A stretch of DNA of 64,000 nt, taken from Raja brachyura (Eukaryota). The translations under genes were made by a program, and so were the position numbers. Where the stretch lies: contig OY740795.1 of NCBI GenBank assembly GCA_963514005.1, positions 496,001-560,000 on the forward strand, read 5' to 3'. Under the pieces are notes generated by a model, which ran no database searches, had not been told where the DNA came from, and worked only from the letters and a program-made list of their open reading frames with translations. Numbering within the stretch: position 1 is the first letter of the stretch; every line of letters begins with the position of its first letter. Shown here in pieces: positions 1 to 12,600 of the stretch.

Positions 1-130
1 ATTTAAACTAAATAGGTGATTCCCGCTGCTAACGTGTCCTCCACGGAGTAATATGACCCATTATCGCATTTTAATTTTGCGCCAGATTTTGAGCATCTTT
101 ACGTTCAAATGTAGAACTATCAATGTGTCA

Positions 131-408
131 CAGCCGAAGGTACAACTCATTCTCCCTCGCAGAGTCATCCCGAGTGCGGGTGTCGACATTGGCGCAGTCT
201 GCTTGGCGTCAGATTTCTACCGGTAAGTGAAGGCGGGTATAAACTCTTCGTTCACTGCCGTCATGAAAATGGGTTCATCTTCTCTGGTCACGGAAGACAG
301 CAAAAACATCGCGATGGGATCCATGTCGGTGGACCAGTGGCCTCACTGGAATGTGAATCGAGATCAGAACTGAAGATATCAGCGAGACGGTCGGAATCTC
401 CCTTCAAG
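131..408 (+). pseudogene. Degenerate C1-set constant-domain exon, TCR delta (TRDC)-like
   Basis: Manual translation from 131 gives QPKVQLILPRRVIPSAGVDIGAVCLASDFYR*VKAGINSSFTAVMKMGSSSLVTEDSKNIAMGSMSV. After a 1-nt frameshift it continues GPVASLECESRSELKISARRSESPFK. Cys codons are at 200 and 352 (about 51 codons apart), there is no C-strand Trp, and an in-frame TAA lies at 224-226. Short Cys spacing and absent Trp are TCR alpha/delta C features; family assignment is from remembered sequences. Confidence 0.6.
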
Positions 409-619
409 CAAATCAACTATAGATCCAGAAAAGAGTCGTAGGGCACAAAACTTAATCGCGAATTTCTATTCACAGGAGAGACCCACCTGCTGAGTATTTC
501 TTACCTTATCTAGACCCCCCCCCCCCCCCAAGTTTACGCATATTCTTGATGCGGAAATTCATTTGGGGGTTCGGGTTTTTATATTTTTATCATTTCTCAG
601 TCATTTTGGCATTGCGTAG

Positions 620-679
620 CTGCTGTAATATCGAAAGAATGCAATATTATATCGTCCATCCTCGCCTTCATATCATCTG
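620..679 (+). pseudogene. Putative TCR connecting-peptide (hinge) exon with interchain Cys
   Basis: ttgcgtAG|...|GTattg delimits 60 nt, phase 1-1, open frame (x)AVISKECNIISSILAFISS with one Cys. It sits about 210 nt after the C-domain relic, where a TCR C exon 2 is expected. Confidence 0.5.
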
Positions 680-684
680 GTATT

Positions 685-840
685 GTTTAGCGTAGTTTTG
701 TTTAATTTGGTTTGAATATAGAGCGCGGAAAAAGGCCCTTTGGCCCACGGAGTGGACACCGACCAGCGACCCCCGCACACATACGCTATCCAAACACACT
801 AGGCAAAATTTACAATTATACCAAACCAATCAACATCCAA
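685..840 (-). mobile_element. HE1-type SINE, 3' part
   Basis: Reverse complement matches the 3' half and (TAAAC)n tail of the SINE at 42270-42600. Confidence 0.7.
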
Positions 841-844
841 AATA

Positions 845-1060
845 ATGAAAGGCTAGGATGGAGTGGATGCGTAGAGGATGTTTCCACCAGTGGGAGAGTC
901 GAGGACTAGAGGCCATAACCTCAGAAGTAAAGGACGTTATTTTAGGAAGCGGAGAGATTTCTTTAGACAGAGGGTGGTGAATCTGTGGAATTCTTTGCTA
1001 CTGAATGCTGTGGAGGCCGTCAATGGATATTTTTAAGGCAGAGATAGATATATTCTTGAT
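845..1060 (+). mobile_element. CR1-clade LINE 3' fragment
   Basis: Matches the ORF2 C-terminal DNA repeated throughout the window (cagagggtggtgaatctgtggaattct). Confidence 0.75.
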
Positions 1061-1074
1061 TTGTATTTGATTGA

Positions 1075-2925
1075 TTTTCTAATTGTATATGTTCCTATAA
1101 GATCGCCCCTCATCCTTCTAAACTCCAGTGAATACATAGAAATATAAAAACATAGAAAATATGTGCAGCAGGAGGCCATTCGGCCCTTCGAGCCAGCACA
1201 GCCATTCAATATGATCATGGCTCATCGTCTGCTATCAATTACCCGTGCCTGCCTTCTCCCCATATCCCTTGACTCCAATAGCCCCGAGTGCTCTATCCAA
1301 CTTTCTCCTAAATCCATCCCGTGATTTGGCCTCCACTGCCCTCTGTGGCAGGGAATTCCATAAATTCGCAACTCTCTGGGTATTTTTTTTTCCTCAGCTC
1401 AGTCTTAAATGACCACCCCTTTATTGTAAGACTGTGGGCCCTGGTTCTGGATTCACCCAACATTGGGAACATTTTACCTGCATCTAACTTGTCCAGTCCT
1501 GTTATAATTGTGTATGTTTTTATAAGATCCCCCCTCATCCTTCTAAACTCCAGTGAATATAAGCCTAGTGTTTTCACTCTTTCCTCATATCACAGTCCCG
1601 CCATCCCAGGGATCAATCTCGTGTACCCACGCTGCACTGCCTCAATCACAAGGATGTCGTTCCTCAAATTAGGAGACCAAAAACTGGCCACAATATCCCA
1701 GATGTGGTCTCACCAGATCCCTATACAACTGCAGAAGAATACCTCTGCTCCTCCACTGAAATCCTCTAGTTATGAAGGCCAACATTCCATTAGCTTTCTT
1801 CACTGCCTGCTGTACCTGCACGCCACTTGATGTAATTATGTGTTGCCGTTCTGCTGAATAGTTAGCACGCAACAAGAGCTTTTCATAATTCCTCTGTAAT
1901 CGTGACAATAAACAAGAGACACTATGTGCAGAAGTAGGGCATTCGGACTTTCGAGCCAGCACTGCTATTCAATGTGATCATGGCTGATCATCTTCAACCA
2001 TTACCCTGAAACTGCCTTCTTCCCATATCCCCTGACTCCGCTATCTTTAAGAGCCCTATTTCGCCCTCTCTTGAAAGTATCCATAGAACCGGACTCCACA
2101 CCCTATGAGGAAGATAATTCCAGAGACTCATAGCTCTCTGTGTTAAAAAGTGTTTCCACATCTCCGTTATAAATAGATTAACCCTTCTTTTTATACTTTG
2201 GCCCCTAGTTCCCCAACATCGGGAACATGTTTCCTGCCTCTAGAGTGTCTAACCCCTAAGTAATCTTATATGTTTCAATATCCCCTCCCATCCTTCATAT
2301 TTCCAGAGTATACAAGAGCAGACGCTCCATTCTTTCAGTATATGACAGTCCCGCCATCCCGGGAATTAACATTGCGAACATACGCTATACTCCCCCAACA
2401 GCAAGAATGTTCTTCCTCAAATTTGGAGACCAAAACTGTGCACATTGCTACAGGTGTGGTCTAACTAGGGCCATGTGCAAGCGCAGGAAGACCTATTTGC
2501 TCCTATATTCAACTCCTCTGGTTATGAATGCCAACATGCCATTCGCTTTCTTCACTGCCTGCTTACATTCATCGCCTGATAAACAAGGACCCACAGATCC
2601 CATTGTACTTCCCCTTTTCCCAATTTGACACTATTTAGATACTAATCTGCCTTCCTGTTTTTGCTACCAAAGTGGATAACCTCATATTTATCCACATTAA
2701 ACTGCATGTGCCGTGAATTTTCCGACTCAGCCAACCTGTTCACATCACCCTGCATGTTCTTAGCATCCTCCTCACAGTTTACACTGCCACCCAGCTTTGT
2801 GTCAATTTGCTAATGTTACTTTGAATCAATATACATGAATCATTGATGTGTATTGTTAATAGCTGCGGTCCCAGCACCGAGCCCTGCGGTACCCCACTAG
2901 TCACAGCCTGCCATTCTGAAAGGGA
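1075..2925 (-). mobile_element. Nested CR1-clade LINE fragments
   Basis: Minus-strand ORFs with [16 protein letters not shown] and [14 protein letters not shown]; (CATAGAAA)n tail near 1135-1160. Confidence 0.9.
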
Positions 2926-2934
2926 TCATCAATG

Positions 2935-3855
2935 ATCAATGATCAATGATCTGGATGAAGGGGTGGTAAATTGGATTAGTAAGTATGCAGATGATACCAA
3001 GATAGGGGGTGTTGTGGATAATGAAGAGGATTTCCAAAGTCTACAGAGTGATTTAGGCCAGTTGGAAAAATGGGCTGAAAGATGGCAGATGGAGTTTAAT
3101 GCTGATAAATGTGAGGTGCTACACCTTGGCAGGACAAATCAAAATAGGACGTACATGGTAAACGGTAGGGAATTGAAGAATACAGTTGAACAGAGGAATC
3201 TGGGAATAACCGTGCATAGTTCCTTGAAGGTGGAATCTCATATAGATAGGGTGGTAAAGAAAGCTTTTGGTATGCTAGCCTTTATAAATCAGAGCATTGA
3301 GTATAGAAGCTGGGATGCAATGTTAAAATTGTACAAGGCGTTGGTGAGACCAAATCTGGAGTAGGGTGTACAATTTTGGTCGCCCAATTATAGGAAGGAT
3401 GTCAACAAAATAGAGAGGGTACAGAGGAGATTTACTAGAATGTTGCCTGGGTTTCAACAGCTAAGTTACAGAGATAGGTTGAATAAGTTAGGTCTTTATT
3501 CTCTGGAGCGCAGAAGGTTAAGGGGGGACTTGATAGAGGGCTTTGAGAACAGGGAAGATTCAAACAAGAGTACATGACTTTAGAATTAAGGGACAGAGGT
3601 TTAGGGGTAACATGAGGGGGAACTTCTTTACTCAGAGAGTTGTAGCGGTGTGGAATGAGCTTCCAGTGGAAGTGGTGGCGGCAGGTTCGCTGGTATCATT
3701 TAAAAATGAATTGGATAGGCATATGGATGAGAAGGGTATGGAGGGTTATGGTATGAGTGCAGGCAGGTGGGACTAAGGGAAAAAAAGTTGTTCGGCACGG
3801 ACTTGAAGGGCCGAGATGGCCTGTTTCCGTGCTGTAATTGTTATATGGTTATATG
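2935..3855 (+). mobile_element. CR1-clade LINE, second family with (GTTATATG)n tail, 5'-truncated
   Basis: ORF 2939-3364 contains RT motif SKYADDTKIGG and WQMEFNADKC; tail gttatatggttatatg at about 3840. Confidence 0.92.
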
Positions 3856-4557
3856 AATGCGTTAATCCCTACTCTGTTTCCTGTCTGCGATCAATTGTAA
3901 ATTCATATCAACATTCTACCCTCAATACCGTGTGACCTAATTTTGTCCACTAATCGCCTATGCTGGGCCCTATCAAATAAAGTAAATTAAACTATGCCAA
4001 CGAAAAAATATATGTATCAGTGGCAACAGATTGCACATAGCACCATCCTCTGGTCGCAGGTAATGTTCGAAATTCAATCTAAAATCAAAAAGCCTGCAAT
4101 GAAAAGATGCACCACGAGATGGCAGCAGATACAGACTCCTTCTGGGCGACAGTGAATGGAAACGCCAATGCTGCACGATATGTACGGAGTTCGCAGGGTC
4201 CTAATGCTCGAATTAAATTAAAATCGCTGAGGGGCAGGAGTGTGCATGGTCCACATATACAAAGGGTGAAGAGTACGATGAAGTCACAAGATTTCTATTG
4301 GAATTTTTGACAACAAAGGAGCATCAATTTCTATTGTATCTCGTGTGACTACCACCATGCTACGCCACACTCATGCACTTCAATGAATACTTAAAATTGC
4401 AGAAAGGAAAGGGCTGCATTGTAGGTTTCACAATGGGAAAGCCGAGAAATCTCAGCAGAAAGACGGGATTTAGATGAATAGAAACACGTCGGGTGTAACA
4501 TATGCTGATACTTGACCAGCAACTTGATTGATATATCGACATCGATATCTGTATTTA

Positions 4558-4863
4558 NNNNNNNNNNNNNNNNNNNNNNNNNNNNNNNNNNNNNNNNNNN
4601 NNNNNNNNNNNNNNNNNNNNNNNNNNNNNNNNNNNNNNNNNNNNNNNNNNNNNNNNNNNNNNNNNNNNNNNNNNNNNNNNNNNNNNNNNNNNNNNNNNNN
4701 NNNNNNNNNNNNNNNNNNNNNNNNNNNNNNNNNNNNNNNNNNNNNNNNNNNNNNNNNNNNNNNNNNNNNNNNNNNNNNNNNNNNNNNNNNNNNNNNNNNN
4801 NNNNNNNNNNNNNNNNNNNNNNNNNNNNNNNNNNNNNNNNNNNNNNNNNNNNNNNNNNNNNNN
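4558..4863. other. Assembly gap (N run), flanked on the right by (TA)n-rich microsatellite
   Basis: Run of N; tatatata tracts at 4870-4940. Confidence 0.99.
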
Positions 4864-5879
4864 ATGTCTATTATATATATATATCTATATTGCCATCTCC
4901 ACATATGTATATTCATTTATATATATATATATATATATACGGCCAACGAAAAGCCAGACAGGGCCCAGTGCATGGTATCCATAGAAAGCATGGTGTAACA
5001 GAAATTTAGATAGGACCTAATACAATTTTTTTTTTAAAAACGGGCCAATGACATGTTGATCGTCATTTCATGTTCATGTACAAAAGTCTGTATTTTGTCC
5101 AATATTAGAATTTCTAGTGAGAATCGGACTGAAGGAAATGCATTGCTGGAAAATTGCACAATTCAATGCCCACGACAGCAGGTGCTGGAGTTGCTTTCGA
5201 AGAGAAATATAGTGGTTTCAGATTCGTAGAGTATTTCCAATCAATAACAGAGACCAACCCCATTGCTGTCATGCATAATCCAATGTATTAAGAGTGAAGT
5301 CATGGGCCATAGTAATGAAAAGGGCAGGTATGGACGACCGAGCGTGTATCAAAGATTTTTTTTTGTTTCAGTAATACCATCTTCTGAACTATGGATCTCA
5401 TACCGGGCATGTGTTCACTATAAATGCCGAACCAATGGGTGGAGAATGACGAAAACGTGAATTGGGACCATACCCTCGCGGACAAGGATTGGGGCCTGTT
5501 TCTGGAGGTGCAATGGCTGATGTCCAATAACAGAGTTGCCTCATTAATACCGGTGATCATCAGTGTACTTTCTCGGTCAAGCAAGTGGTAGATGGAAATG
5601 AAGGGCGCCTGTCATTCAACGCCAGGATATAATGGGCTCCAATTCCAACGATCAGAGCAAATAAATCGGGCTGATGCCTCAGCACCCGTTCCACTGAACG
5701 CAAAGCATCTATCGGCGATCTATAGATAATTTTAATGGTGTGACCACATTATTTCTCAGTTATATCAACGGACGGGCACATATTAGATGTTTGTTGAAAG
5801 GGATATGCAACGTGAGGTTAGGAAGCTGCGATTTAAAAATAGAATAACACTGGCATACCTGAAAGAAAAATACTCTAAT

Positions 5880-7310
5880 CTAGCGGAAATACTGTCACAA
5901 TAATTAATAATGTAAATATTAGAATTAGGCGATCGTGGCTGACAAGGGAAGTCAAGGGCAGAATAAAACCAAAATAGAAGGTAGATAACATTGCAAAGAT
6001 TAGTGGGAAGCAGGAGGATTGGGAAGCTATTAAACAACAGAAGGTAAATACAAAGGCAAGTTGGGGAGAAAAGGTGAAATACAAAGGTAAGATTGCCAAT
6101 AATATAAAATAGGACAGCAAGAGTTTCTTCAGATATATAAAGAGTAAGAACAAATCAAGTGGACATTGGACCGCTGGAATAGCGGAGGAAATGTGACAAC
6201 GGGGAATAAAGGGATGGCAGAAGAATGAATAACTGTTTTTCCATCAGTCTTCACACTGGGAGACCACAGAAATGTTCCTGAAATTCAAGAGAGTCAGGAG
6301 GTGGAAGTTAGTGAATCGGTTATTATTAAGAATATGCTTGGGAAACTGAAATATCTATAGGTGAATAGGGTATCTGGGCCGGATGCAGTGCACCCAGAGT
6401 TCTGAAATATGTGGCTTAAAAAATGGTGGAGGCATTAATAGGGATATTTCAAGAGTCACGAGAGTCAGGGGCGGTTCAGGACGATTGGAAAATTTACAAT
6501 AGTACTCTGCTGTACAAGAAGAGAGCAAAGCAGAATAGTTGAAAAGTTAAGCGGGTTAATCTGACGTCACTGCTTGGTAAGATTTTATAAAAGATGAGAA
6601 GATTTTATAAGAGTCCATTATAAAGCATGACGTTACGGAGTTCATGATAAAATAGGCCGAAGTCAGCATGGGTTTGTGAAGGGAAGACCTTGCCTGGCGT
6701 ATCTGCTGAAAATCTTCGAAACGGAAAGTCAATGAATGCTTTTAACCTGGATTTTCAGAAGGACTTTGATAAGGTGTCACACGCGAGACTGCGAAGGAAG
6801 ACGAGTGTTTGTGGTATCAAAGGGGAGATTCTAGCATGGATAACTGGATGGCAGAATTGCAAATAGTCGAATAAAGCGAGTGTTATCCCTGTTAGCTGCC
6901 GGTGACTAGAGAAGCTCCGCAACGATCGGTGCCTGGACCGCTACTCCTCACGATGTATAATAATGATTTGGATGGGGGGATGGAAGGATTTGTGGCCAAG
7001 CTTGCAGATTATAAGAAAATAGTGAGAGGGGCATGTAGTTTAGAGAAAGCAGGAACTCTCGGGGTCACATTTATTTCAAGAGGACTAGAATACAAAAGCA
7101 GGGATGTAATGCCCAGGTTCAATAAAGAACACGTCATGCCGCATATGGACCATTTTGAGGAATTCTGGCCGCATGTCTGAGGAAGGGTGTGCTGTTTATG
7201 GAGAGGGTCCAGAGGAGGTGTACATGAATAATGCCCGGAATGAGAGGGTTAACAAATGATGATAGTTTGACGGCACTGGGTCTGTACTCGTTGGTGTTCA
7301 GAAGGATGGG
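5880..7310 (+). mobile_element. Old, degraded CR1-clade LINE ORF2
   Basis: Degenerate RT motifs (PQRSVPGPLLLTMYNNDLD, AKLADYKK) with many stops and deletions. Confidence 0.85.
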
Positions 7311-7369
7311 GGGAATGGGGGGGGGGGGGGGGGGGGGAGGGCGCACTTAGAATAACCTGAATAAGGCCA

Positions 7370-7975
7370 GAATTGAACCAGGGTCTCTACCGTTGGGTCC
7401 GGGATGTATCTGAACGTGTCCCAGATACCATGAAATGGGAGGGAGTGGAGCCTGAGGTCGTCGTAGATATAGGTACCAATGACATAGGTAGAAAAAGAGA
7501 AGTGGTCTTGAAAGGAGAATTTAGGGAGTTAGGAGGAGGGTTAAGGAAGAATGGCCGCAAATATAACAATCTCAGGATTACTGCTTGTGCTACGCGACAG
7601 TGAGAGTAGGAATGGAGCGAGGTGGAGGATAAATGCGTGGCAGAGGGCAGGGATTCAAGTTTCTGGACCATTGGGACCTCTTTTGGGGAAGGTGTGACCT
7701 GTACAAAAAGGACGGGTTGCACTTGAACCTGAGGGGAACCAATATCCTGGCGGGGAGATTTGCAAAGGCTACTGGGGAGACTTTAAGCTAGAACGGTTCG
7801 GGAAGGGACTGAAATAGAGAAAGCTAGTAGACAGTGTTTGAGGCAGGAGACAGAGAAGGAAAGCACTCAGGCCCAACATGTGGGGGAGAAATAAGAAAAA
7901 TATAATAAACAGAGAATAAGATGTGGTTGGTTTCTTAAATGTGTGAGCAGAGAGAAAGAGGGGTGTAAAATGAGG
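7370..7975 (+). mobile_element. CR1 ORF1 fragment, SGNH esterase-like domain
   Basis: ORF 7373-7603 contains EPEVVVDIGTNDIGRK, the GxND block of the esterase found in CR1 ORF1. Confidence 0.8.
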
Positions 7976-7978
7976 GTA

Positions 7979-9245
7979 GTCAAGTCAAGTCAATTCAAGT
8001 CACATTTATTTGTATAGCACATTTAAAAAACAACTCTCGTTAACCAAACCAAAGTGCTTTACATTTGTTATAAGAGTATACACAAGCAGGCTACATACAT
8101 ATATACAAATAGCCCTCACTCAGAGGACGTCAGGAAAGGCTTGGGAGAACAGATACGTTTTTAGACTAGACTTAAAGGAGTCTATGGAGGGGCAGGTCTA
8201 ATGGGGATGGGGATGCTGTTCCACAGTCTAGGAGCTGCGACCGCAAAGGCGTGGTCGCCCCTGAGCTTACACCTAGACTGCAGGACATTCAGCAACCCCA
8301 AGTCGGCCGATCTGAGGGACCTGGAGGTGATGTAGTTGGTGAGAAGACTTTTCATGTACGTGGGTGCAAGCCCATTGAGGGCTTTGTATACAAAGATGAG
8401 GTTCTTGAAATTAATTCGGAACCGCACAGGGAGCCAGTGGAGAGAGGCCAGGATCGGAGTGATGTGGTGCCCTTTTTCGGGTGCCCGCCAGGAGCCTCGC
8501 TGCGGCGTTTTGGACAAGTTGCAGGCGGGAAAGGGAAGATTAGCTGATGCCAGTGTAAAGGGAGTTGCAGTAATCTAGGCGAGAGGAGATAAATGTAAGG
8601 ATGATCTTTTCGGGGTCATCAAACTGGAGGAATTGTTTTATTTTAGCTATCATCCGAAGCTGAAAGAAACTAGATTTTACCAAGGCATTGAATTTTTTGT
8701 CAAACTTCAGTGCTGTGTCAAATATCACGCCAAGATTTTTGACCTGAGGTTTGAGTAGTGGGGCATGGCTTCCAAGGCTGCCTGCTATCATTTTGATTTA
8801 GTCCGAGGGGCCGAGAAGGATGACCTCAGACTTACTCTCGTTTAGTTGGAGGAAGTTCTGGGCCATCCAGCACTTTATATCATCGAGGCAGCGGGTAAGG
8901 TTAAGCAGATTTGATTGTTTTTTTGCTTTAGGGGGAGGTACAGTTGTGTATCGTCTGCGAAGCAATGGAAGAAAATGCCTTGCCTTTCAATGACATGGCT
9001 TAAGGGGAGCATATGCAGGGAGAAGAGAATGGGGCCAAGGATGGAACCTTGCGGAACCGCACAGCAGAGACTAGCTGCGGAGGAGAAATAGATGCCTAGT
9101 TTAGCAGAGAAACTCCTACCTTTGAGGTTGGACATGAACCAACTCAGGGCAGTGCCATTAATACCAACCCCGTACCGGAGATGGTCAATTAGGATGGTGT
9201 GGTCGACTGTATCAAATGCTGCGCTGAGCTCAAGAAGGAGCAGGA
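7979..9245 (-). mobile_element. L2-clade LINE, 5'-truncated
   Basis: Minus ORFs: VPQGSILGPILF, FHCFADDTQLY, SRLDYCNSL, HITPILASLHWLPVRFRINFK; (TTGAC)n tail at 7979-8002. Confidence 0.92.
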
Positions 9246-9294
9246 TGTGTTATATCTGGACTTTCAGAAGGCTTTCGACAAACTTAAAGCACAC

Positions 9295-9815
9295 GGTAGA
9301 AACATGGGAAAAAACATAGAAAAATAGGTGCAGGTGTAGGCCATTTGGCCCTTCGAGCCTGCACCGCCATTCAATGTGATCATGGCTGATCATCCAACTC
9401 AGTATCCCGTACCTGCCTTCTCTCCATACCCCCTGATCCCTTTAGCCACAAGTGCTACATCTAACGCCCTCTTAAATATAGCCAATGAACTGGCCTCAAC
9501 TACCTCCTGTGGCAGAGAATTCCAGAGACTCACCACTCTCTGTGTAAAGAATGTTTTCCTCATCTCGGTCCTAAAGGAATTCCCCCTTATCCTTAGACTG
9601 TGACCCCTTTTTCTCGACTCCCCCAACATCGGGACCAATCTTCCAGCATCTTGCTTGTCCACCCCTTAAGAATGTTGTAAGTTTCTGTAAGATCCCCCCT
9701 CAATCTTCTAAATTCCAGCGAGTACAAGCCGAGTCTATCCAGTCTTTCCTCATATGAAAGTCCTGACATCCCAAGAATCAGTCTGGTGAATCTTCTCTGT
9801 ACCCCCTCTATGGCA
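9295..9815 (-). mobile_element. CR1-clade LINE 3' end
   Basis: ORF 9399-9662 (-) ending RGYGEKAGTGY; CATAGAAA tail. Confidence 0.9.
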
Positions 9816-9849
9816 AGTTCAGTATTGATGTGGTATTGATTCGGTATTA

Positions 9850-12590
9850 GCGGTTCAGTATTGATGTGGATAGAGAACTGGCTGGCAGACAGGAAGTTAA
9901 GAGTAGGGGTGAACGGGTCCTTTTCAAGATGGCAGGCAGCGACCCCAGCTATTTACAATATATATTAATGATTTGACCGAGGGAATTAAATGCAACATCT
10001 CGAAGTTTGCGGATGACACGAAGCTGGGGGGCAGTGTTAGCTGTGAGGAGGATGCTAGGAGGCTGCAAGGTGACATGGATAGGCTGGGGAGTGGGCAAAT
10101 GCATGGCACATGCAGTATAATGTGGATAAATGTGAGGTTATCCACTTTGGTGGCAAAAACAAGAAAGTAGACTATTATCTGAATGGTGACCGATCAGGAA
10201 AAGGGGAGATGCAAAGAGACATGGGTGTCATGGTACACCAGTCATTAAAAGTATGCATGCAGGTGCAGCAGGCTGTGAAGAAAGCGTATGGTATGTTGGC
10301 ATTCATAGCGAAAGGATTTGAGTACAAGAGCAGGGAGGTTCTCCTGCTGTTGTACAGGGTATTGTGAGGCCACACCTGGAGTATTGCGTGCAGTTTCTGT
10401 CTCCTAATCTGTGGAAATACATTCTCGACATAGAGGGAGTACAGAGAACGTTCACCAGACTGACTCCTGGGATGGCAGGACTTGCACATGAACAAGGACT
10501 GGATAGACTCGGCCTTGTACTCGCAGGAATTTAGAAGATTGAGCTGGGCTCTCATAGAGACTTACAAAATTATTAAGAGGTTGGACTGGCTAGATGCAGG
10601 AAGATTGTTCCCGATGTTGGGGAAGTCCGGGGCAAGGGGTCAAGTTTTAAGGATAAGGGGGAAGTCTTTTAAGGCCGAGATGAGAAAATCATTTTTCAAA
10701 CAGAGAGTGGTGAATCTGTGGAAATCTCTGACACAGAAGGTAGTTGAGGCCAGTTCGTTGGCTATATTTAAGAGGGAGTTAGTCGTGGCCCTTGTGGCTA
10801 AAGGGATCAGGCAGTATGGAGAGAAGGCAGGTACAGCATACTGAGTTGGATGATCAGCCATGATCATATTGAATGGCGGTGCAGGCTCGAAGGGCCGAAT
10901 GGTCTACTCCTGCGCCTATTTTCTATGTTTCTATGTTTGTATGACCGGGGGTCAAATAAGATAGAGGAACTGAGTGAAATCCAGGTTAGACGGGAATTTG
11001 CGTTGGGGAAATTGAATGAATTAAAGGCAGATAAATCCCCAGGTCCGGATAGGCTGCATTCTAGAGTACTTAAGGAAGTTGCCCCAGAAATAGTGGATCC
11101 ATTAGTTATAATTTTTCAAAACTCTTTAGATTCTGGAGTAGTTCCTGAGGATTGGAGGGTAGCTAATGTAACCCCACTTTTTAAAAAGGGAGGGAGAGAG
11201 AAAACGTGGAATTACAGACCAGTTAGTCTAACATCGGTAGTGGGGAAATGCTAGAGTCAGTTATTAAAGAAGGGATAGCAGCACATTTGGAAAGTGGTGA
11301 AATTATTGGACAAAGTCAGCATGTATTTATGAAAGGTAAATCATGTCTGCTGAATCTTATATAATTTTTCGAGGATGTAACAAGTAGAGTGGATAAGGGA
11401 TAACCATTGGTTGTGTTATATCTGGACTTTCAGAAGGCTTTGAACAAGGTCCCACATAAGAGATTAGTATGCAATCTTAATGCACACAGTATTGGTGGTT
11501 CAGTATTGATGTGGATAGAGAACTGGTTGGCAGACAGGAAACATGGAGTAGGAGTAAACGGGTCCTTTTCAGAATGGCAGGCAGGGACTATTGTGGTACC
11601 GCAAGGCGCAGTGCTGGGACCCCAGCTATTTACAATATATATAAATGATCTGGATCAAGGAATTGAATGTAACATCTCCAAGTTTGCGGATGACACGAAG
11701 CTGGAGGGCAGTGTTAGCAGTGAGGAGGATGCTAGGAGGATGCAAGGTGACTTGGATAGGTTGGGTTAATGGGCAAGTACATGGCAGATGCAGTATAATG
11801 TGGACAGATGTGAGGTTATCCACTTTGGTGGCATAAACGGGAAAGTAGACTGTTATCTGAATGGTGGCTGATTAGGAAAAGGGGAGACACAACCAGACCT
11901 TGGTGTCATGGTACACCAATCATTGAAAGTAGGCATGCAGGTGGAGCAGGCAGTGAAGAAAGCGAATGGTACGTTGGCATTCATAGCAAAATGATTTCAG
12001 TATAGGAGCAAGGAGGTACTACTGCAGTTGTACAGCGTCTTGGTGAGGCCAAACCTTGAGTATTGCGTACAGTTTTGGTCTCTGAATCTGAGTAAATACA
12101 TTCTCAGCGGTAGTACAGAAAAGGTTCACCAGACTGATTCCTGGGATGTCAGGACTTTCATATGAAGAAAGACTGGATAGACTCTGCATGTACTAGTTAG
12201 AATTTAGAAGATTGAGGGGTTATCGTATAGAAACTTACAAAATTCTTAAGGAGTTGGACAGGCTAGATGCAGGAAGATTGTTCCCGATGTTGGTGAAGTC
12301 CAGAACAAGGTGCCACAGTTGATGGATAAGAGGAAACTCTTTTAGGTCCGAGCTGAGAAAATATTTTCTCACACAGAGAGTGAAATCTGTGGAATTATCT
12401 GCCACAGAAGGTAGTTGCGGCTGTAATTAGGAGGGCGTTAGATGTGACCGTTGTGGCTAAAGGGATCAGGTGGTATGGAGAGAAGGCAGGTACAGTATAC
12501 TGAGTTGGATAATCAGCCATGACCATATTGAATGGCGGCATGGGCTCGAAGGGCCGAATGGCCCACTCCTGCACCTATTTTCTATGTTTG
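9850..12590 (+). mobile_element. Two tandem CR1-clade LINE copies (about 9850-10935 and 10940-12590)
   Basis: RT motifs [16 protein letters not shown] and [13 protein letters not shown]; TTTCTATG tails at about 10920 and 12580. Confidence 0.92.
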
Positions 12591-12600
12591 AATGTATCTA

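Noticed and set aside
163-222. Apparent 60-nt exon (ctccctcgcAG...GTAAGT) inside the C-domain relic
   Set aside because: Ig-fold similarity continues on both sides, so the donor probably arose from the same mutations that created the stop; not called as a separate gene.
4107-4310. Candidate TCR transmembrane exon (MYGVRRVLML in one frame)
   Set aside because: Not hydrophobic enough and lacks the conserved R/K/N spacing; no convincing TM exon was found for the C-delta-like relic.
4470-5009. ORFs spanning N runs (also 47149-47564 and 48792-49155)
   Set aside because: Artefacts of assembly gaps.
9376-9603. Recurrent [23 protein letters not shown] family (also 16137, 19992, 28238, 44153, 55715)
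   Set aside because: These are antisense translations of the CR1 3' end, not a host gene family.
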